From the human T2T-CHM13v2.0 reference genome, Homo sapiens, in assembly GCF_009914755.1 (NCBI RefSeq), contig NC_060931.1: a DNA stretch of 64,000 nt. One strand, given 5' to 3'. This document shows, in pieces, positions 10,359-22,760 of this stretch. The notes beneath the pieces are model-generated. The model had not been told where the DNA came from, did not search any database, and saw only the letters and a program-made list of their open reading frames with translations. How positions within the stretch are numbered: the stretch's first letter is position 1; each line of letters starts with the position of its first letter. The translations under genes and the position numbers were made by a program.

Positions 10359-12675
10359 ACATGAAATGCATTGCAGGTTTGGTAAATGGATATGATTTCC
10401 TATCAGTTTATATTTCTCTATGATTTGAGTTCAGTGTTTAAGGATTCTACCTAATGCAGATATATGTATATATCTATATAGAGGTCTTTCTATATACTGA
10501 TCTCTATATAGATATCAATGTTTCATTGAAAATCCACTGGTAAGGAAATACCTGTTATACTAAAATTATGATACATAATATCTGAGCAGTTAATAGGCTT
10601 TAAATTTATCCCAAAGCCTGCTACACCAATTACTTCTAAAGAAAACAAATTCACTGTTATTTTGAGTTTATGTGTTGAGATCAGTGACTGCTGGATAGTC
10701 TCCCAGTCTGATCAATGAAGCATTCGATTAGTTTTTGATTTTTTGCAACATCTAGAATTTAATTTTCACATCACTGTACATAATGTATCATACTATAGTC
10801 TTGAACACTGTTAAAGGTAGTCTGCCCCTTCCTTCCTCTCTCTTTTTTTAGTTAAGTAGAAATGTTCTGGTCACCATGCCAGTAGTCCTAGGTTATTGTG
10901 TAGGTTGCAATTGAACATATTAGGAATACAGGTGGTTTTAAATATATAGATGCAAATTGCAGCACTACTTTAAATATTAGATTATGTCTCACATAGCACT
11001 GCTCATTTTACTTTTATTTTGTGTAATTTGATGACACTGTCTATCAAAAAAGAGCAAATGAAGCAGATGCAAATGTTAGTGAGAAGTAATGTGCAGCATT
11101 ATGGTCCAATCAGATACAATATTGTGTCTACAATTGCAAAAAACACAGTAACAGGATGAATATTATCTGATATCAAGTCAAAATCAGTTTGAAAAGAAGG
11201 TGTATCATATTTTATATTGTCACTAGAATCTCTTAAGTATAATTCCATAATGACATGGGCATATACCGTAACATTCTGGCAAATAACAATTAGAAAAGAT
11301 AGGTTTAACAAAAAAATTTACTTGTATATAATGCACCTTCAGGAGGACTATGTCCTTTGATGCTATAAAATACAAACAACTTTGAAGGCAACAGAAGACA
11401 CTGTTTATTCAAGTCAGTTCTTTGTCAGGTTCCTGCTGTTCTCCTACAGAAAAGTGATTCTGTGAGGGTGAACAGGAAATGCCTTGTGGAAACAGGAAGT
11501 CCAAGTGATTCATGTACTGAGGAATGTAGGAAAAAAAATCTGAGGATAGTGCTTTACTCTTTCTGTTTTTAAAGGGCACTCTATGAATTGATTTATTGTC
11601 TAAGAAAATAACACCACAAGTAGGGAAATTGTTACGGAAGCTTTTCACTGGAACATTTCCTTCATATTCCCTTTTGATATGTTTACCTTGTTTTATAGGT
11701 TTACTTTTGTTAAGCTAGTTAAAGGTTCGTTGTATTAAGACCCCTTTAATATGGATAATCCAAATTGACCTAGAATCTTTGTGAGGTTTTTTCTATTAAA
11801 ATATTTATATTTCTAAATCCGAGGTATTTCAAGGTGTAGTATCCTATTTCAAAGGAGATATAGCAGTTTTGCCAAATGTAGACATTGTTCAACTGTATGT
11901 TATTGGCACGTGTTGTTTACATTTTGCTGTGACATTTAAAAATATTTCTTTAAAAATGTTACTGCTAAAGATACATTATCCTTTTTTAAAAAGTCTCCAT
12001 TCAAATTAAATTAACATAACTAGAAGTTAGAAAGTTTAAAAGTTTTCCACATAATGAAAGTCCTTCTGATAATTTGACAAATAGCTATAATAGGAACACT
12101 CCCTATCACCAACATATTTTGGTTAGTATATTCCTTCATATTAAAATGACTTTTTGTCAGTTGTTTTGCATTAAAAATATGGCATGCCTAAGATAAAATT
12201 GTATATTTTTTCCATCTCATAAATATTCATTTTCTTCAAAGTCTTTTTTCAATCTCATAAAAAAGGGATAGTGCATCTTTTAAAATACATTTTATTTGGG
12301 GAGGAACATGTGGCTGAGCAGACTTTTGTATAATATTACTTCAAAGATATGTAATCACAAACAAAAAAAACTATTTTTTATAATGTCATTTGAGAGAGTT
12401 TCATCAGTACAGTTGGTGGACGTTAATTGTTTGAATTTGATAGTCTTTGAATTTAATCAAGAAACTACCTGGAACCAGTGAAAAGGAAAGCTGGACTTAA
12501 ATAATCTTAGAATTAATTGATAAATGTCTCTTTTAAAATCTACTGTATTTATTATAATTTACACCCTTGAAGGTGATCTCTTGTTTTGTGTTGTAAATAT
12601 ATTGTTTGTATGTTTCCCTTCTTGCCTTCTGTTATAAGTCTCTTCCTTTCTCAAATAAAGTTTTTTTTAAAAGAT
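10359..12675 (+). other. HDAC9: 3'UTR of the MITR/HDRP (short HDAC9) terminal exon
   Basis: ~2.3 kb AU-rich stretch with no recognisable interspersed repeat between the stop codon and AATAAA at 12654. The 3' end is approximate. Confidence 0.8.
12654..12659 (+). terminator. Polyadenylation signal (AATAAA) for MITR/HDRP
   Basis: AATAAA preceded by several TGTA (CFIm) motifs (12544, 12592, 12607) and U-rich sequence, and followed by a GT/T-rich tract (ttggctttgtgt). Further AATAAA at 12788 and 12831. Confidence 0.75.
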
Positions 12676-14344
12676 CCCCTTTCATACACTTGGCTTTGTG
12701 TAAACTTGCCGTATTTAATCGAAGTTGAAGCTTGCACACTAGATCTCATATATCAAAATACATTGCCAGTCTTTGTTGAAACAAGAAAATAAAGACATTT
12801 TGAGCAGTTACATCTAATACCATTAAAAACAATAAATTCAGCAATAATGACTTTCAACTATTTACATCCAAAATTTTCAAATAGCTAACACATGTAAAAT
12901 TTGTTTCATTTTCCTTTTGCCAGTGTAAACTTTTTCATGATATGTTATCATGTTTGGTATTTAAATTAAAATGTCAACTTCTAAATATAAAACTTTATCT
13001 AAATAGATGTCAGTTCCTAACTTTGCTCAACTTAAAAAATTATTTTTAAAAAGCTTAACACAATCCCTTGAACATAACAAGCACTCAATAAATATTAAAA
13101 TGAATAATATTCCAAGTGTCGTAATAATTATGTCTATTACAGTGAGATCTTGAAATACAAGTAGAAAGTGACAGCACATAAATTTAAAGAGAAAATAGTA
13201 ATTAAATGATCTCCCCTTATATGGTAACAATTATTATAATACCAGTGTGAGGAATAGGAGCCTGATTCAAGTAAAGGCAACTCTGCCGTATTCTAAGTCA
13301 CATCAGTATTGCATTAGAGTATCAAGAAATCTGGAGCTATAATTATTGACTGTTACAGAATGGATTATCATTTTATAGTGCCATAAATTTGAGAATACAG
13401 TCACAATTCTGGAAATACCATTATTGCTAATTATAATTTCCTGAAATTTGCCTTTGAACTATAAAATTACAGGACTAACTTGGTACCAGAGATCCTAAAG
13501 TATGAGTTAGAGAAATCAATTAAAAAATGGTTTTATAGTGTATATCTGATTTCTGAAGTGTTATATAGGGTGAGTTTTAAAACAAAGCATCAATCCAGCA
13601 TTAGAAAACTTTTCATTAGAAAAAATAGTTATTGCCAAGTCTTGAAATAAATAATCATTAGATTTTTTTTCTTCTGGAAGTAAAAATTCACCTTCTCATT
13701 GGTGAAGGTGGTTGATGAAGTGTAGACTGCTACTTTTCATAGATCTGAGAAAGATAGTCTTCTAGAAATTGTTATATATTGTTTTATGCTCCTTTTTTTC
13801 AAAGGATGTTGAAAAGGAATTCAGACACTAAACCTTTTGTTGAAACCTAGTACTTAACAGATAGATATATATAGAGTATTGTTTTTAATTTGGTGTTTCA
13901 TTGTGTTTTTTTCAATAATTGAAGTGTACAATTTTGAATCGCTGTAATATGTATAAATTGTAGGTGTGTGATTGAAGGTTTACAATGATAAATAGTTTGA
14001 GGTCTCCAATTGTAACTGATTATATCAGGAACTTGGAGATACAAAAGAAGGAGTTTGAGACTATTATTCCCTTTATTATTGATCATTGCTTCATCTCTGT
14101 TTTAAGAAGAAAATATTGAAGGCAATCAAAGAATTTGAGCAAACACAAAGGAAATTTGGAATGTGACTTTTCAGTCATGCCAACAACATATCTATGTAGG
14201 CTTAAAAACGTTTATATTCTTGTTGTTACATCTAATTTTATAATAACATCTTTGAGGCTATAAACTGTGTTTAGGCAATGCAACTTTTGGGGATCATTTT
14301 GATTTAGAAAAAGATGTTTACTTTTATCTATTACAAACACACAG

Positions 14345-14530
14345 TGCGCAAGCACTTCATATCTATTAGCTCATTTGGTCCTCACAATAACCTGATGAAG
14401 GAGGTATTATTATCATCCCACTGTAGAGATGAGAGCACTGCAAAAGAGAAATTAAAGATTTAGGAGGTCTAGCTTTAATTTGAACCTAGGCACTTTGGCA
14501 CCAGAGTCCCTGTTCTCAACCTTTACCATT
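14345..14530 (-). mobile_element. MIR
   Basis: ctcatttggtcctcacaataacctgatgaaggaggtattattatcatccc...agatgag...ttgaacctagg. Confidence 0.78.
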
Positions 14531-15444
14531 GTGCTGTGTTGGTGCAACGATTCTTTATATCTGCCCGATATGCTTACTTCTGTCCAATTTATTCAGTTGT
14601 TTCTCTCTCTCTCCTCATTAGCATTTACCAAACTGTCTTGATCAATAATCTTTTTTTAATAGCTTCTATAAATTGTGAGATTAGTGATTAGTACTCTTTT
14701 TTTTTTTTCTAATTCTAATGAGGGTTAGGGTTAGATGAAGGTTCTAATCCTGCACACATTTTATTCAACCATTTTTAATCGTGAAAATCTGTAGCCTTCT
14801 TTTTTCTGACCATAGCCGGTCCTAGGAGGGACTGAAACAGAGTGGCCACACTTGGTTAACTTTTAGGGGAAGGAGAAAGGATTTCAGCAGGTTCAGAGCT
14901 CTCCTTTACTTCTTAGCTTCATTCCCAAACTAACGCAAAGAAAGTCCAGTTTCTAAGCCATCAGGACGCTGCCTTTTACAGACTTTTTAAACCTATCAAG
15001 GACACGCTTGATAATAATTTTGACTTAAGTAGTCTGTATAAAACGTTGTGGAAGGGAAAAATAGAGACAGTTGTCACGTTCTAGACCTCCTAAGTGGTAT
15101 TCTAATAGAAAGATGCATAACAATCCTCTCGAGGGAAACAGGTTCTGACCACACCCCTAGAGGTTCTGAGTCTGTTGTTCTGACTGGTTGCTCAGTCATC
15201 TACCTTTTTCAAGCCTTTTGAAGAGTCCGATTCAGAAATAATGTTTTGGAGATGGCCAGGTGCCCTAACCACTTCCTGAAATCTGGCCTGATTTTTAATA
15301 GCTTTTACCTAAGTTCCTCAGATTCTCTGATTCATAGTTTTCAAAATATCTTGTCTCCTATTTTTGTATATTGTTCTCGGCTTCTTCTGCATTTTAACTC
15401 AAGTATAGGCAATTCTCACTATATTTACTGGAATTACTCCAATA

Positions 15445-16555
15445 CGTTTTAGAATATTCATGGTGCTGTGCAGCCATCACTAGTATCTAATTCCAAAACA
15501 CTTCCATTAACCCCAACTCAAAAAAAAATCTTGTACCAACTAAGCAGTCACTCCCACTCCACGCTCGTTCTTGCCCCTGACAACCACTCATCTGCTTTAT
15601 ATCTCTGTGGATTTGCCTATTGTGGATATTTCATATAAATGAAGTCATGCATTATGTGGCCTTTTGTGCCTGGCTTCTTTCCTTATGCAGAAGATTTTCA
15701 GGGTTCATCCACAGCATCAGTACTTCATTCCTTCTTATGGCTGAGTAATATTCCCTTGTATGGCTATACAACATTTTGCTTATTCATTCATCAGTTGAAC
15801 ACACAGTTTTCACTTTTTTGTCTATTATGAATAATGCTGCTGTGATCATTCGTGTACAAGGCTTTTGTGAGAAGATATATTTTCATTTCTCCTGGGTATA
15901 TATCTAGGAGTGAAATTTCTGGGTAATATGGTAACTGTTTAACTTTTCGAGGAACTGTCAACCTGTTTTCCATGTAGCTGAACTATTTTACTTTCCTGCT
16001 AGCAATGTATGAGGGTTCCAGTTCCTCCACATCTTCTCCATTTGTTATTTCCCCTGCCTTATTGATGGTAGCCATCCTAGTGAGTATGCAGTGCTATCAT
16101 TGTTGCTTTGATTTATATTTCATTAATGACTAATGATGTTGAGCATCTTTTTATTTGCTTATTGGCCATTTCTATAACTTCATTAGGAGCAACATCTAGT
16201 CAAGTCCTTTGCCCATTTTCTAGTTGGCTTGCTTGTCTTTTTGTTGTTGAGTTGTAAGTGCTTTTAGATATATTTTGTGTAGTAGACCTTTATCGGGTAT
16301 ATAAGTTGCAAATATTTTCTCCTATTCTGTCAGTTTTCTTTTCATTTTCTTAAGTGTTCTTTGATGCACAAAAGTTTTGAATTTTGCTGAAGTCCAGTTT
16401 ATCTATTTTTCCTTTTGCTGCTTGTGCTCTTGGTATCATATTTTAAAAACTGTAACCTAGTCCAGGGTTATAAAGATTTACACTTACGTTGCCTTCTTAG
16501 AGTTTCATTAATATAAATTTAGCACTTAACATTAGGTCTTTGATCCATTTTGTGT
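15445..16555 (-). mobile_element. L1MB-type 3' end fragment
   Basis: caaccactcatctgcttt...ggatttgcctattgtggatatttcatataaatg...atgaataatgctgctgtg...aatgatgttgagcatcttttt. Confidence 0.88.
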
Positions 16556-16671
16556 CATACACATTGTTTTTAAATATTCTTCTATGCATTTAAATTATTT
16601 TCAAAGAGATATGAACTTCATGATTATTGGACTTCATTTTCTCATACTTTATCTTCATTTTCCTTATTATA

Positions 16672-16728
16672 TGAGTTGATGCAAAAGTAATTGCGGTTTT
16701 TGCAATTACTAGTTGCAATTACTAGTTG
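16672..16728. mobile_element. MADE1 (Mariner MITE) half-element
   Basis: gttgatgcaaaagtaattgcggtttttgcaattact matches the MADE1/Hsmar1 TIR. Confidence 0.8.
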
Positions 16729-16965
16729 ATTTTGGTCTTGCTTTTCTGATATTTCTGTGGCTGACCCTTGTTGCTTTCTAACTTTTGATACTGTTACTTT
16801 TTTCTTCCCAAAATATCACTGAAATGTTACAATCTTGATGTTTATTATTCCTTTTTTTCTGGTGCTCTTTAAAAATTAAATCAATTATTTTTCTTCATGA
16901 ATATTACTTTTAAAATCCTACCCTCGTCACTCAGTTTTACTAATTACAGTTGAATTTTATGTTGA

Positions 16966-17118
16966 AGCCAGGTGTGGAAGGATGTCTGTAGACCTAGATA
17001 CCTGGGAGGTTAGGGCAGGAGGATTGTTGAGCCCACGAGTTTGAGGCTACATTGAGCTATGATCATGCCACGGTGCTGTAGCCTGAGTGACAAAACAACA
17101 GCATGTCTTTAAAAAAAT
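16966..17118 (+). mobile_element. Alu monomer (FAM/FRAM-like), highly diverged
   Basis: gccaggtgtgg...ggcaggaggattgttgagccc...gagctatgatcatgcca...gcctgagtgaca + A tail. Confidence 0.8.
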
Positions 17119-17199
17119 TATGTCGAACTAATGTTCATGTCTTAGCTTTGATCTTCATGCCTCTGTTGACAGAATTTCTGGAGAAAGAACCCTAAATTT

Positions 17200-17500
17200 G
17201 CTCTGTCCAAACTAGTAGCCACATGTACCTATTGAACGTTTAAATGTGGTTGGCAAGAATTGAGGTACAGCCTAAGTAGAAAATGCACAGCAGATTTCAA
17301 AGATATAGTACAAAAAGTTTATTAATATTCCATGTCTATTGATTACATGTTGAAATAATATTTTAAATATATATTAAGTCATATAACATCATTAAAATTA
17401 ATCTTACCTGTTTTACTTTTTAAATGTGGCTATTCGAAAAGAATATACATGGTTTGCATTTGTGACTCACATATTTTTATTTGTATTTATGTTTCTGCTT
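17200..17500 (-). mobile_element. MER33 (hAT-Charlie DNA transposon)
   Basis: ctgtccaa...tagccacatg...attgattacatgttgaaataata...aaatgtggcta: reverse complement of the MER33 consensus as recalled. Confidence 0.8.
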
Positions 17501-19134
17501 TAGATCGTCTTCATCTCATTTTGTATTTTGTTAATTGATAGATCTCATCACATCAATTTGAAAATAGATGGGCTATAAAACTTGAACAGATGAATTTTTG
17601 CTCTTGCCAGTATCTTTCTGTTGCTCTTAATTAACATAGAGGCATAAAATGTTAGTGTTAGCAGAGATATGAGGCATCTGAATGGTTTAAGGGTTTAAAG
17701 ATCCTTCTCCTTTACCTTAAAGACAACCGAAAGTCTGCCAAATGTTTTATTACCAATATTAGTTGTAAGGAGAATTCACTTACCGCTCCATTCTCATCTC
17801 AAAGTTAGTAAATTCATGCATAATGTGTGCTGGTTTTTCCTGCTTTTCCTTTTTGCTGTTGTTGTTGTTGATGAGACCACCATTTAGACAGTGGGATAGA
17901 TGATCTTGTAGTCATCTTTGATTATCTTCATTCCTTTATCTCCTATAGGCAGTTGGTCCTCCTGTTTCTGATTTCACATCATCATATTTCTTTACTTCAC
18001 CTTCAGCTTTGCTTTCTCCAGCTACTAGTGAACAGTAAAACAAATCCATGGTGCTCTCATTGCAATAGCCCCCTTTTACATCAGTGTGATATTTATACTA
18101 CTTCAATTAACTTACTGTAAAATGACAATACCATTTTCCCATTTTCTGTGGTCAACCTACAGTAATTGCTTTCTAATATTTCACTTAAATGATATCAGAG
18201 AGCTACAGTCTTCATAATTCAACCTTTATACTCTAACCAGGCACTCACTTCTGCCATATGCCATCTGTGATTTCTCTAGCCCTTCTGAACTCCCCAACTT
18301 GAAATCAGTTCCATAGTTTCCCATGTAATTCTTATTTATCATTATCTGTGTGGCATTATGTCTTTTTGGTTTTTGAGGTCAGGGAAAATGTACTCTATTG
18401 TGTTCATCATTGTTCCTAGAGCCACTCAGGGAACCTATGAAATGTTCAGCTGAACTTTATTTTAATGGTTTTTGTTTTACATTGTTCTTATTCAGATGTA
18501 AATGGTTAAAGGCATTTTCTTCCATACTATGATTTTATTCTCACTTTTATTTTCGATGTGAAATGTGGAGTCATATTTTACTTGATGGGCTATTTCTTGT
18601 CCTCAGTGTCCTCCCTAGTAATATATTTTTTAAACTGGCTTTAGTAAAAATAGCTACTATTTTTCATTTTCAGCCCATGGTAAATGATGGAAATATTTTT
18701 CTTGATGAATTTATTATTTAACAGTACTCACACCATATTAATTTTTATAATTTATATTTGTATATGAATTATTGACTATGACTTCTAATATCTAGCATAC
18801 ATTTTTAGATAAAAATATAATATCTAGATTAATTTGAATGACCTCTTTATAGTATTAATTTTTCTATTTCCACGTATTCTATAGATAATTTTTTAAAGTG
18901 AGAGCTTGGAAAGAAGACAAAATGATTCATATTAATCTTTCTTAGAGAGTGAATCAGCCTCCTCCTTGTGCATATTTAAAGAAAACTTACTAAATGTGGA
19001 AATTGATGTGTTGTTTTGACTAGGTATGCATCAAACCCTATGTATGCATCAAAAACAGTGGCATTTTGCATCGTCTTTGAGATCTATGCATGGAACTGCC
19101 TCGTACGGTAATATTGATTTTATAGTTAGGCTGC

Positions 19135-19350
19135 AGGAGTTGCAACTCCAACTTCCCCACCTACTAGCAACTCCATGTGAAGTAAATTACCGAATTCTGC
19201 CAAGCCTCTGTTTACTGGTTTGTTAAATGTGGTCAGGAATTCTAAATTTTTCTGTTAAGGAATTGTCAGCTTTAAATGTGTTAACATGTTTAAATAGTGT
19301 AATGAGTACTAGCATAATGGGTACACAGTAAAAATTAGCTATTGTTATGA
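19135..19350 (+). mobile_element. MIR (diverged)
   Basis: ccacctactagc...aagcctctgtttac...tgttaaatg...aaaattagctattgtta. Confidence 0.55.
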
Positions 19351-19486
19351 AAAGTAGCATTAATATATCTTGGAACTTTAGTAACTTTGTTCTCCTTGGT
19401 AGGAGCTGACCTTACACTCAATATCAATCTTTAATAATGAATAATTTTCTCTTCTGTAATCAAAAAAAATTATAGTACAGTACTTC

Positions 19487-19600
19487 CCACCTTTTTCATG
19501 TCCTAGCACACATAGAAAATGGCAATATGTATACGGCCCAGGTCACTGCAGGAGGCTGCTCAGCCTCTCCTCCCTGCCCCAAGAGTTGAGAACCGTCTAG
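19487..19600. mobile_element. Small hAT-type DNA transposon remnant
   Basis: cagtacttcccacctttttcatg...cacacatagaaaatg...gttgagaacc, hAT-like ends. Confidence 0.5.
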
Positions 19601-20032
19601 GGTTGATTCAGCTGCAGCCCTTTCATGACTTACAGGGAAGTTCTCAGGCTGGAATGTTCTTTGGGAGACCCTGTGAGTACATTACTCCTCTTCTTCCTCT
19701 CCACTGCCTTTTCTTCTGTCTCCTCTCACCTCCCATAAAAAGAATCCTGGATTTTTTTTCACCAGATTTCAACTAATGATTCACTAATTTTAAAACAACT
19801 CTAGGTGTGAATGATTAACATGATCATTGTTCCGAAGGATGTATTAAGAATATGTGTTGATCACGGAGGATCTTTGGATAAGCTATGTCTGTGCCCAGGT
19901 CTCCTCTAACTTTAATTCTCACCCTATTATCAGCACCAAAACCATCAATCAGAAAGCAAAACTCAGAAAATTGGCATTGTCTAGTAGCCTATAGGGGGTT
20001 CTCTTGTCATATTTGCACTGGACTCTGCCTTT

Positions 20033-20086
20033 CTTTCTTATTTTTATTTTTATAGCCAGTCAAATTTAGCAGTGCGGGGTTGTATA
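20033..20086 (-). pseudogene. 5'-truncated Y4 RNA (RNY4-like) retropseudogene with A-rich tail and TSD
   Basis: Minus strand 20086-20054 reads TATACAACCCCGCACTGCTAAATTTGACTGGCT, matching the hY4 3' end with one mismatch. T-rich tail at 20033-20053. TSD TGGACTCTgcCTTT (20019-20032) / TGGACTCTttCTTT (20087-20100). Confidence 0.88.
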
Positions 20087-20799
20087 TGGACTCTTTCTTT
20101 GGAATCAGCATGAAATAAAGAATGCAAAGATTTTTCTGTCTCTGCTTTTTAACAAATGTTCTGGGAAACTTCCCCCCTCCCCCACCTACTATCTCTAGTT
20201 AGGTAAATGCTCAAAGAACTTAGAATGGGAAATCTTGCAATGATTTCTTGATCTTAAGTAATTTGACTGCATAATTTTGCATAGCCATTTGTCCTCTCTC
20301 TATTACCTTCTTTTAACATGGTGAAGAATAAGTCTACTTTACACTATATTTTTAGCATCTTAGATATATTTTGGTCATGAAGATGGTGCTATCAAATCCT
20401 TTTTTAAAAAACTTAAACTTTTTGAATTATAGCACATTTAATGTTTATTTTTCTACTGTAAATTATAAATTATTTGACTTTTGCTTAATTATTTCAATTG
20501 TCTGACAAACTCATAAAAATATCCAACTTGGTTCCTTTATTTTATATTTTCTTTATCACCTACAAATCTTAAAATGTATATATTTTATGTCTTTATATGT
20601 TTACAGTGGTTAGTTGTATCTCATTATAACCTTTTTCTGGATATGGAAGCAGATAATATTTTCTTCCTTAAAAGGGACTCTCTTAGGGATTAAAAAAATT
20701 CTAATTTTTAATGTCCTGGGGTTTTTGGCATGCTGTTTAAATTAAAATTTTAAAATGATATTTTTGCTTTTGTTTACACACAACTTCCTAAATCTTAGT

Positions 20800-22060
20800 G
20801 ATTTTTAGTCTACTTTTTGAACTATAATATCCATACAAACTCCACTTGATATATATACATAGAGTTTAATAAACTTTGAGAAATATATATGCCACTATCT
20901 AGATAGAGAATATTTATGTCATTCCAGAGAATTCCCTCCTGCCCTCTTTATACTCAGACTCACATCCTCACTCTCCTCCCAGCCCCAGTCAACTATTGAT
21001 CTGTTATTCTGACACTATATATTAGTTTTTATTTTTCTAGAAGTTCATTTAGGTGAATCATATAAAAAAGAGTTTGTGATATTTTCAGTCTGAATTTTTT
21101 TTCAATCAGAAAATGCTTCTGAGATCCTTCCATGTATGTACCAGTGATATGGTCCTGTTTATTGCTGAATAGTTAGCCACTGTACAGATATGCCACAATT
21201 TGTTTATGTATTTGTCTATTGATGGAAATGTAGGTTATTTTCAGGTGTGAGTAATTATGAATGAAACTACCATGAATATCTTAAACAAGTTTCTGTAGAA
21301 ATTTATTTTATTTCGTTTGAGTAATTACTTAGGAGTGAAAATGAGTTGTACACTAAGTATAGGTTTAACTTTATAGGAAGCTGCCAAATTATTTGTAATT
21401 AATTATTGTTTGACATTCTCATCAACAATGTATGAGTTTCTATTACTCTGCGTTCTTGTTTACACTTGATATTGTCGGGTTTTTCTAACTGTATGCAGCT
21501 AATGACTGCATTAGGTGGCTCAGTTTTTAAATTGAGGCATGTCTTTTTATTGTTGGTTATCAAATTATATATTTTGGATACAATCTATTTCTACATATGT
21601 ATGTTACAAATAATTTCACCTACTTTGTCATTGGCCTTCCATTTTGAAGAGCAGAATATTTAAGCACTAACACTAGCACTTGATGTGTTCCATTCTATCA
21701 ATTTGTTCTTCTATGGTTAGTGCTTTAGTGTCCTTTCAAGAATGATTTGTTTTCCTGCTTTCTTCCTCCAGTTTAAACATTTAAATGAAAGAGCAATTTT
21801 GAGTTAATTTTTATATGATGTGAAGACAGGTTGAGTTTCATTATCTTACAGGATTCGATTTTTCAGCACCTCTTTTTTTGAAAAGATTATTCTTGCTCCT
21901 TTGAATTATTCTGGTCTATTTGTTAGAAATCAATTGAACATATAAATGTTAGCAGATTTCTGAGCTCTTTATTTTATTCCATTGATCTCTGTCTTTACAC
22001 CAATACCACAGAATCTTGATTACGGTTGCTATTTAGTAACTCTTAACATTAAGTAGTTTA
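20800..22060 (-). mobile_element. Old L1 (L1ME/L1MC-type) fragment
   Basis: Diverged L1 3'UTR/ORF2-end motifs (gagatccttccatgt, tttattgctgaatag, gccacaatttgtttat, ttttcagcacc...ttgaaaaga). Confidence 0.75.
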
Positions 22061-22089
22061 TTTTTATCTGCTTGTTTGTAAGATTTTTT

Positions 22090-22760
22090 GGTTAATACTA
22101 GTTTTTAGCAAATTGATTATGATGTCCCTTAATGTGGTTTTCTCTGTGTACATCCTTCTTTGGTTCACTGAGCTTCTTATATCTGTGGGTTTGCACTTTT
22201 TAAAAGTTTAGAAAATGTCAAGTGTTATTTCATCTGATATTTTTCCTGCTAATTATTTTCTCTCTCTTTCTTTTGGGACTCCAGTTACACATAGAGTAGA
22301 CTGCTTGATACTGTCTCACGTATCAAGTTTCCATATTTTTTTCTTCATGTTTTCTTCTGTACATTTTCCATTGCTGTACACATCTTTTCTTCCTAGTGGA
22401 TGAACTTCTGTTAATCACATCCAGTAAATTTTTAATTTAAGATCTGGAGGTTTTCACATCTAGAAATATAGATATGTTTTCCATTTGTCTCTGCAACATA
22501 TTCACATTTTTCTTTAAATCCTTGAGTGTATTTTTGTTTACTTTAAAGTCCTTTTCTGCCATTTTGGGGTCTGCTACTACTGCTTAATTTTTCTCTTGAA
22601 TATGGTTCATATTTTCCTGTTCTGTTTAATGTCTAGTAAATTTCCATTCAATGTTAGACAATTTAAATTTGCTGTCTTTCTTTAAAGAATGTTCACTTGA
22701 AACATTCAAGGCTTGTGTTAAAGTTTTGTTTGTGCAAGTCTATCATAACCTTTACACTCA
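22090..22760 (-). mobile_element. Old L1 (L1M) internal fragment
   Basis: ttgattatgatgtccctt...gttcactgagcttctt atatctgtgggttt...tgggactccagttacacat: typical L1M ORF1-region remnants. Confidence 0.6.
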
